Assembly (NCBI GenBank): GCA_965226795.1
Contig: CBDDDZ010000005.1
Span: forward strand, 2,016,001-2,080,000
From: Candidatus Latescibacterota bacterium
GTDB lineage: Bacteria > Latescibacterota > UBA2968 > GCA-2709665
Reading direction: 5' to 3'
Length of the DNA: 64,000 nucleotides
Part shown: in pieces, positions 19,943-29,165 of the stretch
Numbering within the stretch: position 1 is the first letter of the stretch
Layout of the letters: every line of letters begins with the position of its first letter
Program-made: the position numbers and the translations under genes
Notes under the pieces: generated by a model
Seen by the model: the letters and a program-made list of their open reading frames with translations, nothing else
What the model was told of the DNA's origin: nothing
The model's database searches: none

Positions 19943-21454
19943 GTGACAACAGACAAACGCGGGGGAATCTGCTTCCGTGTGGACGACAACAAGCCGATTC
20001 GACAATGGATCGAGTTCGCGGAGGTCTTCAACCGGTACGGTTTGAAGTTCTGCGCCGCACTGTGTCCTGGAAGAATGGCCGGCGACGAAACATACACGAG
20101 GCTGGTCAGAACTTTGCAGGACCAGGGGCACGAAATCATGGACCACACGCCCCTTCACAGCGTCGACAAGCTGCCACTCCCTCACGGCGCGGATGCCGAT
20201 GCCTGGCGCAGGATGCCGGGCGTTGACCACGTGGATGAAACGCACGTCTACCTGACCTATGCCGAGATTGACACGGCATCGCTTCCGGAAGGTCGCGCGG
20301 ATATTTCGGGCAACCTGATGACAAGCCGGACGCCTCAAGGTCTGTACGACACCAACCAGACGCGATTCTTCGCCGTCTACCTGCCCCATACCGGCAGTGC
20401 ATTTCGGTTCAGGCAGATAGAGCATTCGGGCGATGGCGTATTGGCGCTACGCAGTTTTTGGGACGAAGACAACGTCCATCCGGGAGAACATCAGGATATC
20501 GTATACCATCCGCTGGGCAAAGCCGACGTTCGGATGACGCTGGCGGCTCGCAGGCTTCTGGCCGAATCGTCGCTGAATCTGTTTGACGACCTTGGTCTTG
20601 GTCGTCCCTTTACGTGGATACAGCCGGGGTCCGGAGGGTGTTCCGACTTCTGGCGTGAAGATGTCAAAGAATCCTTTGGAGACCTGTACGGATACGTGGC
20701 CGCGGCAACCTACCCGGACCGGTCTTTGAAGTGCTACAACGAGGATGATCCCAACGGGGACAAGCGGTTCGGTATGCAGTGGGGAGACTTCAACGACGAG
20801 GCGCAGGATCTGGATTGGAACCTGAAACGAATTGCAGACGGGATCGCCAAGCACCACGTTCTTATCGGCCACAGCCACTTCTGGGAGCACGCCATGCCGG
20901 ACGGTTGGGACGGTTATCTTAAACGGGTCGATCGGATCCTGTCCTGGTGCAAGGACAACCGGGTCCCGGTAAGGACCTATTCGGAGTGGGCAGAGGTTCT
21001 CTATCATATGAGTCCGGATCCCGAAGTGAATGTGTTTCCCGAACTGGGTGTCGATCTGGATGCAGACGGTACTCCCGATGGGTACGACGCGTTGTCGGCG
21101 GAGTTGGTCCGCAGCGGCGGCGGGCCCGATGGCGTCGGTGTTTTTCTGGCGGTACAGAATACCGGGACGATCTGCAAAGTGGATAAATTGGGTGGTCTGG
21201 AAAAGGGCGCAAATACCTTTTCGGTCCGGACATGCGGGCAGCCGGGGGGTACCATTGAGGCAACGTTCAGCTTCTTCGAAGCCGGAACGATGGAGAAACT
21301 CACGTTTTCCGTGGAAAGCCCCAATTGGACCATTCAACAGGCGGCTCTCATGGTGCCGACCGAAGCTTCTCTGGTAAATATCTCAATCGAGTGCGCGCGG
21401 CCCGGCAGCAGCGTTTTAAAGATAGGCGGGATGCGTCTGAGCGCGTGTAAATGA
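19943..21454 (+). CDS. Polysaccharide deacetylase-like (NodB fold) protein with C-terminal beta-sandwich
   Basis: Motifs FRVDD, GHEIMDHTPLH, GHSH. C-terminal DADGTPDGY followed by a carbohydrate-binding-like region. Confidence 0.6.
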   Translation: MTTDKRGGICFRVDDNKPIRQWIEFAEVFNRYGLKFCAALCPGRMAGDETYTRLVRTLQDQGHEIMDHTPLHSVDKLPLPHGADADAWRRMPGVDHVDETHVYLTYAEIDTASLPEGRADISGNLMTSRTPQGLYDTNQTRFFAVYLPHTGSAFRFRQIEHSGDGVLALRSFWDEDNVHPGEHQDIVYHPLGKADVRMTLAARRLLAESSLNLFDDLGLGRPFTWIQPGSGGCSDFWREDVKESFGDLYGYVAAATYPDRSLKCYNEDDPNGDKRFGMQWGDFNDEAQDLDWNLKRIADGIAKHHVLIGHSHFWEHAMPDGWDGYLKRVDRILSWCKDNRVPVRTYSEWAEVLYHMSPDPEVNVFPELGVDLDADGTPDGYDALSAELVRSGGGPDGVGVFLAVQNTGTICKVDKLGGLEKGANTFSVRTCGQPGGTIEATFSFFEAGTMEKLTFSVESPNWTIQQAALMVPTEASLVNISIECARPGSSVLKIGGMRLSACK

Positions 21455-21482
21455 ATTCCCGATACACGAACATGAAGCCCGC

Positions 21483-21548
21483 CTCGTATTCAGTCCCGAA
21501 AATGGATTGCCGAAATTCGGCCGCCGAGTCGCGCGGTAAACGGACACC
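21483..21548. repeat. MITE-like repeat copy 2 (truncated)
   Basis: ctcgtattcagtcccgaaaatggattgccgaaattcggccgccgagtcgcgcgg matches the left ends at 54348 and 63521. Confidence 0.8.
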
Positions 21549-21629
21549 GCTCAAGATTCCCTTGATGCGCGTCTGAAATGGTCCAAATTGCGTCGGATTC
21601 AGGCAAAAAAACATCCGTCGGATCGAAAT

Positions 21630-22520
21630 ATGGTGAAGATAGAGCCCCTGGATAAATTCCATCTGCCCCAGGTCATGGATCTTGTTAATGCTCATCTTGG
21701 CGCCGTGGTTCCCGGGTGGGCCCTGACGGCCTGCTACTTCTGGGAGCGTCTGAAGAGGAATCCGGCTGAGTGGGTAACCGATCCATGGGTCGCGGAAAGA
21801 AAATCTATCGTCGGCGTCGTCAACGACCGCGTCTGCGCCGCAGCCCATATCCTTCGATACGGAGACGATACGCGCTGGAAGGGAACCGCGGAAGTCGCCT
21901 GGCTGCTGTTCTGGCCCCGGGAGCGTACCGCCGGCGAGGCGATTCTGAAGGAATGCCTGCGCCAAATGAAAGCCTGGCAGGTAACGGACCGGCAGATATC
22001 GGGTCCTTTGCCCGTACCGGTTTGCGTCGGCTTGCCCCATGTCTGGCCACACATAGGCCTCATGCTGGGGCAATTCGGCTATTCATCCAATGCGGACGTC
22101 GACGAATCCGTCTACGGCGGTACCCTGGACGGTATTCCATCTCCAGGCGAACCCCCCGTAGAGGGCGCATCGATTCATCGCGACCTGGGGAAATTCAGCA
22201 CACGATTCGTGGCGCGGTTGGAAGGACGGGACGTAGCCTATGTTGAATGTGTTGCGGATCTCACCCAGGGCGGGCAGTTGCCTGCACTTTCCGGATGGGG
22301 CGAACTCTCGGAAGTGGAGACAAGCGATGCGATGCGAAACCGGGGTCTCGGTTCATGGGTGATGCGCCATGCCGTTGAATGGCTGCGCCTGTCCAGGTGC
22401 AGCCGGATTGTGTTGAGCGTTGCGATAGATGACGAAGAAGCGGGAGCCGGGAGGTTTTACCGGCGGTTCGGCTGGGCGCCGCTGGTTCGTCAAAGCCACT
22501 GGACCCGGAACTCCAGGTAA
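21630..22520 (+). CDS. GNAT family N-acetyltransferase (tandem domain)
   Basis: Motifs RNRGLGSWVM and FYRRFGW. Confidence 0.85.
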   Translation: MVKIEPLDKFHLPQVMDLVNAHLGAVVPGWALTACYFWERLKRNPAEWVTDPWVAERKSIVGVVNDRVCAAAHILRYGDDTRWKGTAEVAWLLFWPRERTAGEAILKECLRQMKAWQVTDRQISGPLPVPVCVGLPHVWPHIGLMLGQFGYSSNADVDESVYGGTLDGIPSPGEPPVEGASIHRDLGKFSTRFVARLEGRDVAYVECVADLTQGGQLPALSGWGELSEVETSDAMRNRGLGSWVMRHAVEWLRLSRCSRIVLSVAIDDEEAGAGRFYRRFGWAPLVRQSHWTRNSR

Positions 22521-22612
22521 TTATTCCATTGCTGGTCCCCGTCGCCCACCCGGACACCCGAGTCCAATCTGGTTCTCATCGATCCGCAGCGTCCACCGAA
22601 CAGGACCAACCT

Positions 22613-23752
22613 ATGTCCACACCTGACGCCAAATATGATCTGCTGATTACGGCCGGCCGCGTTTTCTGCGCCGAGACCGGCCTGGACGGACCCGGCGCCG
22701 TCGCCGTACGGGGTGACCGCATCGTGGCCTCCGGTACGGACGTGGAAGGAACCGCGTCACGGACCCTCGACTGCCCCGACGCCCTGCTTCTGCCGGGCCT
22801 GGTGGACATCCACGCCCATCCGGCCAGGGGCGGTTCACGGTTCGGCGTCGATCCGGACGTGCACTTTCTCCCGCGCGGGGTCACCACCTGCATGTCACAG
22901 GGGGACGCCGGCGCCCTCAACTGGCCTGCCTATCGGGACAAGGTCATCCGCGCCAGCCGCACCCGCGTGAGGCTGGCGCTGCACCTGTCGAAATACGGCG
23001 AATCGCCGCCGGATCACTGTTTCGAGCGACTCGAGAACGCCGACGTCGACCTGTGTGTCGATACCATCGCGGGGGCGGGGGACGAGATCTGGGGCATTGC
23101 GTTCAACACATTGCTCGAACCCACCCTCCCCCACGACCCGAGAGAGATTCTCCGCCGCGGAATCGAAGCCGCCGAACGCAGCGGACGCCCCATCCTCTAC
23201 GGACCGCGCTTCAAGGGCGACTTTCCCCTCGAGGAACAGTTGCCGCGCCTGCGGGCGGGAGACCTCTTCACTTACACGTTCAGCCCCCGCCCGGATAACA
23301 TCATCGCGAGCGGAAGGGTCCGGCGGGCCGTCTGGGAGGCAAGAGACCGGGGGGTTCTGTTCGACGGCTGTCACGGGGCACAGTCCTTCAGCTTCGCCCA
23401 CGTCGAACAGGCCATCGCCGAGGGATTCTACCCCGACACGATTTCCACCGACCAGTACAGGGCTCATGTGGGCGCCGATCCGCCCCACCACCTGCCCGGA
23501 ACGATGTCGAAATACATCGCCGCGGGCATGCCCGAAGCCGAAGTCCTGGCTCGGGCGACCGCCCGCCCGGCGGCATTGCTGGGGCTGGAGGGAGAAGCCG
23601 GCACGCTGGCGCCCGGTGCTTGCGCCGATCTGGCCCTCTTGCAGTGGAATCCCGATGGACGCCTGTCCGACGTGCTCGGCGTCGAACGCCCGGGAGGATC
23701 CTGGGAACCGCTGGCTACGGTGAAATCGGGCGAGGTCGTTCGACAAGACTGA
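22613..23752 (+). CDS. Amidohydrolase (dihydroorotase/deacetylase-like metallohydrolase)
   Basis: Motifs PGLVDIHAH, GVTT, GDAG, HGAQSFSF, DTISTD, ADLA. Confidence 0.9.
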   Translation: MSTPDAKYDLLITAGRVFCAETGLDGPGAVAVRGDRIVASGTDVEGTASRTLDCPDALLLPGLVDIHAHPARGGSRFGVDPDVHFLPRGVTTCMSQGDAGALNWPAYRDKVIRASRTRVRLALHLSKYGESPPDHCFERLENADVDLCVDTIAGAGDEIWGIAFNTLLEPTLPHDPREILRRGIEAAERSGRPILYGPRFKGDFPLEEQLPRLRAGDLFTYTFSPRPDNIIASGRVRRAVWEARDRGVLFDGCHGAQSFSFAHVEQAIAEGFYPDTISTDQYRAHVGADPPHHLPGTMSKYIAAGMPEAEVLARATARPAALLGLEGEAGTLAPGACADLALLQWNPDGRLSDVLGVERPGGSWEPLATVKSGEVVRQD

Positions 23753-23959
23753 CCCGCCCGATTCGAAGCCAACCCTCGGCCCGGCTCACCCACCCTGGAT
23801 TTTCGGTCATCGCTGAGGATGTTGACGCGATCTTTTCCTCAGCGTCGAGATGCCGATTCTGCGCAAGAATCATCTTCAGCCGCATTCCTCCGATTGAACC
23901 CGGTCAGCTGTGTCCACATTAAACACCATCAAGACCCCATCTCTCGAAGGAGTCCCCCA

Positions 23960-24910
23960 TTGAGTCAGGAAGTAATCATGATCGGCGGTTTCGTGCTTGC
24001 TTCCTATTCGATCGTCGGCAACGACGCCATTCAGACTCTGGGGACCTTTCTCAGTTCCAACGCCAAGCGCCCGTGGTGGGTAATATGGATCTTTGCCTGC
24101 AGTATCCTGGTGACAGTCCTGGCTTACGGATGGTGGATTCACCACGACGTCTCCTACGGAAGGTTGGAGAAGATACCCGAACCGGAACAGTGGTCGTGGA
24201 TCTACTGCGTCCCGCCGTTCGTCCTTCTTCTGCTGACCCGCGCCGGCATCCCGGCCAGTACCACTTTCCTCACCCTCACGATTTTTGCGCCGAAGGCCTT
24301 GCCGAGCATGCTGATCAAGTCGTTGAGCGGGTATGCGACGGCATTCGTTGCGGCCATCCTGGTGTACCGGTGGGTCACCCGGACAATCGAATCCCGATTT
24401 CATCGGACAGAGGGGCCAACCAGCGGTTGGTGGGTGGTGGCGCAATGGTGTTCAACCGGTTTTCTCTGGAGCCAGTGGCTGATTCAGGATCTGGCCAACA
24501 TCTTCGTCTTCCTCCCTCGGGACCTGTCGGCGGAATTTTTCCTCATGGCGATGATCGTCATGCTGGTCCTGCACGCGGCGATCTTCTACACGCACGGCGG
24601 CGCCATCCAGAAGGTGGTGCTCACCAAAACCAACACGACCGATATCCGTTCGGCGACGTTCGTTGATCTGATCTACGGTATTGTACTGCTCCTGTTCAAG
24701 GAAGTTTCCAAGCTCCCGATGAGCACGACGTGGGTCTTCGTCGGCCTCCTGGCAGGACGCGAGATCGCGGTCGCCTGGAATCAGCGGCACCGCAGCCGCC
24801 AGGAAGTGAGGCGTTTGGTGGCGATGGATTTCGCGAAGATTACCGGCGGACTCCTCGTCAGCATCGCCCTCGCCTATCTCCTGCCCAGACTGCAGGAGAT
24901 AATTGGGTGA
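23960..24910 (+). CDS. Polytopic membrane protein, PiT (phosphate transporter)-like
   Basis: AAGGAG plus TTG start. GNDAIQT, PASTT, QDLAN and PMSTT resemble the repeated PiT signatures. Confidence 0.65.
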   Translation: MSQEVIMIGGFVLASYSIVGNDAIQTLGTFLSSNAKRPWWVIWIFACSILVTVLAYGWWIHHDVSYGRLEKIPEPEQWSWIYCVPPFVLLLLTRAGIPASTTFLTLTIFAPKALPSMLIKSLSGYATAFVAAILVYRWVTRTIESRFHRTEGPTSGWWVVAQWCSTGFLWSQWLIQDLANIFVFLPRDLSAEFFLMAMIVMLVLHAAIFYTHGGAIQKVVLTKTNTTDIRSATFVDLIYGIVLLLFKEVSKLPMSTTWVFVGLLAGREIAVAWNQRHRSRQEVRRLVAMDFAKITGGLLVSIALAYLLPRLQEIIG

Positions 24911-25033
24911 TGGAGGATCCTGGCGAGGATCATACGGCGGCTCCTGAGATCGGTCGATCGTCGCTCTCATTATCGTACGGGTGGGCGATACCGGCTGGCG
25001 TGCACCTTCTATCTGACGAAGGCGGGGTTGAAA

Positions 25034-25069
25034 TCCGGAGGGCCGCTCAAGGAGATGCGGCCCTCCGGA
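25034..25069. terminator. Perfect 13-bp stem hairpin (terminator or REP-like)
   Basis: tccggagggccgc-N10-gcggccctccgga. No long U tract. Confidence 0.5.
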
Positions 25070-25083
25070 ATAACTCATCTAGC

Positions 25084-25172
25084 GTCAAAGTGGGCCTCAT
25101 ACCCATTTTTATCAAGATAAATCTTGACACTTTGACCCCAACATCCTATATATGGATTGACACAAAAAGGAG
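25084..25172 (+). promoter_or_regulatory. Sigma70-like promoter and operator of the antitoxin-doc operon
   Basis: TTGACA 25124 + 17 nt + TATATA 25147. TTGAC repeated three times. gtcaaagtg/cactttgac inverted repeat. AAGGAG. Confidence 0.6.
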
Positions 25173-25181
25173 CTATGCGTT

Positions 25182-25409
25182 GTGGTTATGCCGCGAGAGA
25201 AATTCTCGAGCCAGGTGTCGCCGGAGTTGCTAGGCGCGATGCGGGAGATTGCCCGCCATGATGGCCGTCATTTTCAAGCGGTGCTGGAAGAAGCCATGCT
25301 TGAGTACATCGAAAATCGCGCTCAAGGAAAACCGCGCGCCTCGGTCATGGCCCACTTCCAAGCCAGCATCGAAAGAAACCGCCATCTGGGTGAAATGCTG
25401 GCAAAATGA
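25182..25409 (+). CDS. Putative RHH-type antitoxin
   Basis: 75 aa with beta-helix-helix pattern EKFSSQV. ATGA overlap with doc. Confidence 0.8.
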   Translation: MVMPREKFSSQVSPELLGAMREIARHDGRHFQAVLEEAMLEYIENRAQGKPRASVMAHFQASIERNRHLGEMLAK

Positions 25410-25795
25410 CCCATGACTTCCCCACCATACAGGAAGTCATCGTCATGCACCACGCCCTGATCAGCGCCTTTGGCGGCAAACCGGGTATTCGTGATGAAGG
25501 CGCCCTGGCCTCCGCGCTCATGCGCCCCCAGCTTGGATACTACGACGACCATGTCGAGGAAGCGGCGGCGCTTATGGAGAGCCTGGCCAATAATCACCCC
25601 TTCATAGACGGCAATAAACGGGCGGCCTTCTTCGTTACAGACACTTTCCTGCGCCTGAACGGCCACTTCATCGACTGCGACGGCGATGAAGCATTCGGTT
25701 TCTTTGTGCGGATGTTCGAGGCCGGTACATTCCGATTCGCCGAATTAAAGGCGTGGCTGCAGGACAGGGTCGCTCCCCTGCCTGTCGTTCGGTAA
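25406..25795 (+). CDS. doc: Death-on-curing (Doc/Fic) toxin
   Basis: Motifs GIRDEGALASAL and NHPFIDGNKR. Confidence 0.93.
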   Translation: MTHDFPTIQEVIVMHHALISAFGGKPGIRDEGALASALMRPQLGYYDDHVEEAAALMESLANNHPFIDGNKRAAFFVTDTFLRLNGHFIDCDGDEAFGFFVRMFEAGTFRFAELKAWLQDRVAPLPVVR

Positions 25796-25910
25796 CCTCT
25801 GAGGACACGACCCATACAGATTGACGTTTATTCTTTGCGGGAATTGGGTGAAGATTGGCGTGGGCCAGGGGACTCACCAGTGTCCGAGTATATCATCCGG
25901 GAGAATCTGC

Positions 25911-27200
25911 ATGCGGTACCAGGCGCCACGGACCGACGGACAAATTGAATCCTGCTTTCAGCAGGCTGCCGAACAATACGCCGCCCTCGGCGTGGACGCG
26001 CATGAAGCCGTAGAGAAGGCAACGGACGTGCCCATCTCGCTTCACTGCTGGCAGGCCGACGACGTGGCGGGTTTGGAGACCAGGGACGAAGCCGTGGAAG
26101 GCGGCGGCATTATGGCAACGGGAAATTACCCGGGCCGCGCGAGAAACGGGGATGAGCTGCGGGCCGATCTCGAACAGGTGATCGGCCTGTTGCCGGGGCG
26201 GCACCGCGTGAACGTCCACGCGTCCTACGGCGACACGGGCGGTGAAGTGGTGGATCGGGATCGCCTCGAACCCGGGCACTTCACCGGCTGGATATCCTGG
26301 GCGAAGGAGAACCGGATCGGACTGGACTTCAATCCCACGTATTTCGCCCATCCGAAGGCGAATGACGGGTACACGCTCGCCCATCCCGACCAGGAAATCC
26401 GCGAATTCTGGATCCGGCACGGCGTGGCCAGCCGGCGAATCGCAGAGGCCATTGGCATTGCGCTGGATGACGAGTGCGTGAACAACCACTGGCTACCCGA
26501 CGGCGCCAAAGACCATCCCGCGGACCGTCACGGACCCCGCAAACGCCTGATGGAATCCCTGGACGCCGTCCTGGACCCCGCACTGGAAATCGGACCGGCA
26601 TGCGTGGATGCCGTTGAGGGCAAACTCTTCGGCCTGGGCGTGGAAGACTACACGGCGGGTTCGAACGACTTCTACGCGAACTACGCCCTGTCCCGCGGCG
26701 TGGTCCTCTGCCTGGACATGGGCCACTTTCACCCGACGGAATCCATTGCGGACAAGATCTCCGCGCACCTGCCCTTCCACGACAAGCTGCTTATTCACAC
26801 CAGCCGGCCCATACGCTGGGATTCGGACCACGTCGTGCTTTTTGGCGACGACGTACGCAATGTCTTTCTCGAAATTGTCCGGTGCGACGCCCTGGACCGC
26901 GTCTACGTGGCCCTGGACTTCTTCGACGCCGGCATCAACCGTATCGGCGCCTACGTGATTGGCACCCGGGCCACCCGGAAAGCCATTCTCTACGCACTGC
27001 TGGATCCCACGCAAAGACTGCAGGAACTGGAACGGGAAGGCAAACTGGCGCAAAAGCTGGCCCTGATGGAAGAGATGAAAACGATGCCCTTCCCGGCCGT
27101 CTGGGACATGACCTGCCTGAAAACCGGCGCGCCGCCCGGCGCCGCCTGGATTCCCGAAATGGAAGCCTACGAGAAACAGGTCCTGTCAAGCCGGGGATAA
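25911..27200 (+). CDS. rhaA: L-rhamnose isomerase
   Basis: Motifs ISLHCWQADDV, TGNYPGRARN, DFNPTYFAH, LDMGHFHPTE, RWDSDHV, LDFFDAGINRI. Confidence 0.96.
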   Translation: MRYQAPRTDGQIESCFQQAAEQYAALGVDAHEAVEKATDVPISLHCWQADDVAGLETRDEAVEGGGIMATGNYPGRARNGDELRADLEQVIGLLPGRHRVNVHASYGDTGGEVVDRDRLEPGHFTGWISWAKENRIGLDFNPTYFAHPKANDGYTLAHPDQEIREFWIRHGVASRRIAEAIGIALDDECVNNHWLPDGAKDHPADRHGPRKRLMESLDAVLDPALEIGPACVDAVEGKLFGLGVEDYTAGSNDFYANYALSRGVVLCLDMGHFHPTESIADKISAHLPFHDKLLIHTSRPIRWDSDHVVLFGDDVRNVFLEIVRCDALDRVYVALDFFDAGINRIGAYVIGTRATRKAILYALLDPTQRLQELEREGKLAQKLALMEEMKTMPFPAVWDMTCLKTGAPPGAAWIPEMEAYEKQVLSSRG

Positions 27201-27207
27201 AGAAGAA

Positions 27208-27244
27208 CGCCGAACGGGCGGCAAAAAACCCACCCGGTTCGGCG
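27208..27244. terminator. Hairpin between convergent rhaA and the island
   Basis: cgccgaac-gggcgg...ccaccc-g-gttcggcg. Confidence 0.55.
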
Positions 27245-27338
27245 ATCCATATCCGTTGTGATTCCCTTTCACAGTTGCGCCGAGTTTATCGTCAGAATAC
27301 ATGTGGCCGATGCACATGATTGGGATTGTAATTTACCA

Positions 27339-29165
27339 TCACTCAGGTCCCTCATCCTGACCTTTTTCTCGACTGCCGTTCCCCTTCGAGTGCGTCGGGA
27401 CGCGATGGTCGAAGGGATGCTCAAAGGCAGCGCGAGCCTGATATTGAGTAAATGTAGTCAGGAGCGCACCAGAACGGGGCTGCCGTAACCGCAGCACTCG
27501 CTTGAGACCGTACCGCACAGTCCTGCCGCTAACCGTACCTGGGAGCGCAACAGTACCTGACGGCGTGGGCAGCGCTAGCAGCTGTACCTCGTGACCAAGT
27601 CCCTCTTTTGTCAGTTGCTCGTATTGAGTAAGGACGGCCCGGTAGAAATTCTGTAATCTCTTGAACCGCTTCTTCCAGGGATCGATAAGTAGTTCAGGAC
27701 ATGCCATGCCGACTTCGATACAAGCGACTCCATCCTCTCGAAAAGAACAAAGGTCGAGCACATTAAGGAGGAAATGGTGAACCTTCGCAAAATTCGCAAA
27801 CGCTGGTCTTCCAGTATTCTGGTCATAATATGGCAACTCTGCCCAACTATCCTTAGTCTTCTCGTTGTTGGGACCGACTACTAATTCAACAAGGCAACCG
27901 GTGCGCCCATGCGTGTCGTAGCTTCGCTTTCCATTTTTTCGTACCACAAGGTCGCACGGCTGCACCAGAAGTAAATAACGCTTACCATTTGAGCAATTTT
28001 CAAAGATGTCACCGAGTTCAACGGGTGCGTGGAACCGGTTGATTTGTTCGTCCGACTCGTAGCTTTCAAATCTGTGTATTCGCAAGGCTTCAAGCGAAGC
28101 GCAATCGTTGTCAAGGGCGGTGGCAATCTCCTGCTCAGTGGTACTCACACGCCGGGCTTCCGCGAACGTTGTAGAGATTTGCTCGTCCTGGTGCAGCTGT
28201 ACTAAAGCTTCTCGACGCATGAGGATTCCAAAAACTCGGAAGAGTGTATCAGGTTCCCAAACGCCCTCCCGACGGGACGATTCGAATACGATTCTGTCAA
28301 AGTCGAATACCGATAGGTCTTCGACGGTAGCTCTTGCCGCAGCAACGGACTTTTCGAAGATGCGCCATGCAGCCGACTTGACCTGTGTATATCGCTTACT
28401 CAGCGCTACCAAACGTAGCATGGCAAGGAATCCGTAGTAGTCTGGCGTATCGTTCGTCAGTCGTTCCTTGGCAATGACCACGAATTTATCCCGTTCCAAA
28501 TTGTATTCACTGGCTAACTTAACCCAGGCATCATACTCACCTCTCACAGGGACCGTGTGGGTGATCATTCCGCAGTACCCGACGTCGGCACACTGCCCTC
28601 GGCGGATTAGATTGAACCCTTCGTCTTCAGTACCTTCCTCCTCCCGGCCAAAGTCACGATCGAATAGCAGCACCGTATTCGCCGATTTAGCATCGGTAAG
28701 GAGAGTTTGCGCTTTTGCCTTCCACTCATTTAGGGAGAGCGTAATGTATTCACACGCTTCAAGCTCGCTTAGGATCTTTTCAAGCGATTCAGCGGCCTTA
28801 CTATCAACGTGTTTATGCGTATCGTTTAATATCCCGTTGGCTTCCGCTGGCAACACCTCACGTTCTGCTTTAAGCGCCTGAGTCAGCAGCTCTCGACGCT
28901 GCGTACCTCCCAGCTTCTCCCACGTTTCCCGAACAAGATCCGTCCAAATACCTCGATCTACCCCAAAGTCGATGCCGGCAAAGTGCGGTAACTCTGCTGC
29001 TTGAGACGGAGCCAATTCCGAGCAAATCCCTATCAGTTCCTCGACGCCGGGGAGTCGGCTGGCGTACTCATCATCAACCACGATGATCCGCGACACACCA
29101 ATAGACGAAAACAGTTGGAGGGCGTGCTTCCGGACAACCTCGGGTGTAGTTACGCTGCTATGCAC
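27339..29165 (-). CDS. Atypical receiver-domain protein (partner of the MORC/HK hybrid)
   Basis: Receiver residues RIIVVDDE ... TVLLFDRDF ... GMITH ... VIAKE, with a long insertion after strand 1. C-terminal YLLLVQPCDLV. 8-bp overlap with the upstream gene. Confidence 0.75.
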   Translation of the reverse strand: MHSSVTTPEVVRKHALQLFSSIGVSRIIVVDDEYASRLPGVEELIGICSELAPSQAAELPHFAGIDFGVDRGIWTDLVRETWEKLGGTQRRELLTQALKAEREVLPAEANGILNDTHKHVDSKAAESLEKILSELEACEYITLSLNEWKAKAQTLLTDAKSANTVLLFDRDFGREEEGTEDEGFNLIRRGQCADVGYCGMITHTVPVRGEYDAWVKLASEYNLERDKFVVIAKERLTNDTPDYYGFLAMLRLVALSKRYTQVKSAAWRIFEKSVAAARATVEDLSVFDFDRIVFESSRREGVWEPDTLFRVFGILMRREALVQLHQDEQISTTFAEARRVSTTEQEIATALDNDCASLEALRIHRFESYESDEQINRFHAPVELGDIFENCSNGKRYLLLVQPCDLVVRKNGKRSYDTHGRTGCLVELVVGPNNEKTKDSWAELPYYDQNTGRPAFANFAKVHHFLLNVLDLCSFREDGVACIEVGMACPELLIDPWKKRFKRLQNFYRAVLTQYEQLTKEGLGHEVQLLALPTPSGTVALPGTVSGRTVRYGLKRVLRLRQPRSGALLTTFTQYQARAAFEHPFDHRVPTHSKGNGSREKGQDEGPE

